From Ophelia neglecta (taxonomy: Eukaryota), in contig OZ260662.1 of NCBI GenBank assembly GCA_965285935.1, positions 82,088,001-82,152,000 on the forward strand: a stretch of 64,000 nucleotides of DNA, read 5' to 3'. Within the stretch, counting starts at the first letter, position 1. Each line of letters begins with the position of its first letter. This document shows, one piece after another, positions 63,396-64,000 of the stretch. The translations under genes were made by a program, and so were the position numbers. The notes below the pieces were generated by a model. The model was given only the letters and a program-made list of their open reading frames with translations, did not search any database and was not told the origin of the DNA.

Positions 63396-64000
63396 CTGGA
63401 AATAAATAAATGGTTAATTTTGCATATTAAGAAGCTTATTGTTGTTTTCGGCGTTAAATGGATTTAAATTAGAGAGAAAATTAAACCATCTTAGTGCAAT
63501 TATGTCACATTGCCAGCCGTAATGAGCTAACAAGTATAGCCCTATGTCAAAGATAGTATCCAAATTTAAAAAATGTGTAATAAACCATGAATACTTGTTC
63601 AAAGACTCAATGTGTCATGAAAGCCCCGCTTAGATTCTACACTATGCCGCCCTAGCATTTATTACGGATGTAAGAATGAATTAATAGTCTGAATGGTCAA
63701 CCCTCTCCTAAACGTGTCCAGGCCAATATTTATCATATTGCCTTCCTTTTTTTCACTTTACACATTATGCTTGGTCCTTTTATTGTTCTTTATTATTACA
63801 TTGCTTTAGGAAGTTAGAAGGGGGCTACCCACTTTATTGAGTTATTCTGGCACATTCCATCGCAGTCATACCTTTAACTGTCATTATTCTCGACTGGTGG
63901 GGTAATTAGCAATAAGAATAACATTTTAATAGTATGGAATTCGGCTTTTTAATTTAGACAACTAAGGCATTATCTTGATAAATATCATGTCCAATATATG

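Larger units (their letters stand above)
61747..64000. repeat. ~1.24-kb near-identical tandem duplication containing the lectin exon
   Basis: Unit 61747-62983 is repeated from 62984 to the window end. I saw only a 1-bp T-run indel and one substitution over ~1 kb. Confidence 0.93.

Overview
AT-rich, intron-rich animal genomic DNA. The Gal_lectin+CUB exon style suggests an annelid or other lophotrochozoan (inference). Left to right the window holds five things. (1) A tandem array of three 8-exon ADP-ribosyl cyclase (CD38/CD157/Aplysia ARC family) genes on the minus strand (2465-8222, 12293-17721, 30003-35289). All have a signal peptide, a GPI-type tail and the catalytic Glu, but the TLEDTL signature is changed to ALADYL/ALGDYL. 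(2) An intact, very young BEL/Pao LTR retrotransposon (19622-27118) with 571-bp LTRs identical by eye, a TTCGG target-site duplication and a single 2058-aa polyprotein. It is inserted into a duplicated block upstream of ARC copy 2. (3) An 18-exon plus-strand gene for a secreted ~765-aa clan GH-D (GH36/Sip1-like) glycoside hydrolase (38433-46267). (4) A possible orphan 120-aa gene and a 13-exon SEC14L2-like CRAL-TRIO+GOLD gene (52118-58907). (5) The 3' part of a minus-strand SUEL/Gal_lectin + CUB gene whose lectin exon lies in a near-identical 1.24-kb tandem duplication. The most striking observation is that the retrotransposon has no tRNA-type primer-binding site. Splicing a 166-nt GT-AG intron inside its own LTR would create a junction complementary to the PBS position (11 bp perfect + 4 bp), suggesting splice-dependent self-priming. 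All gene models were built by eye from splice sites, frame continuity and family motifs; no searches were run.
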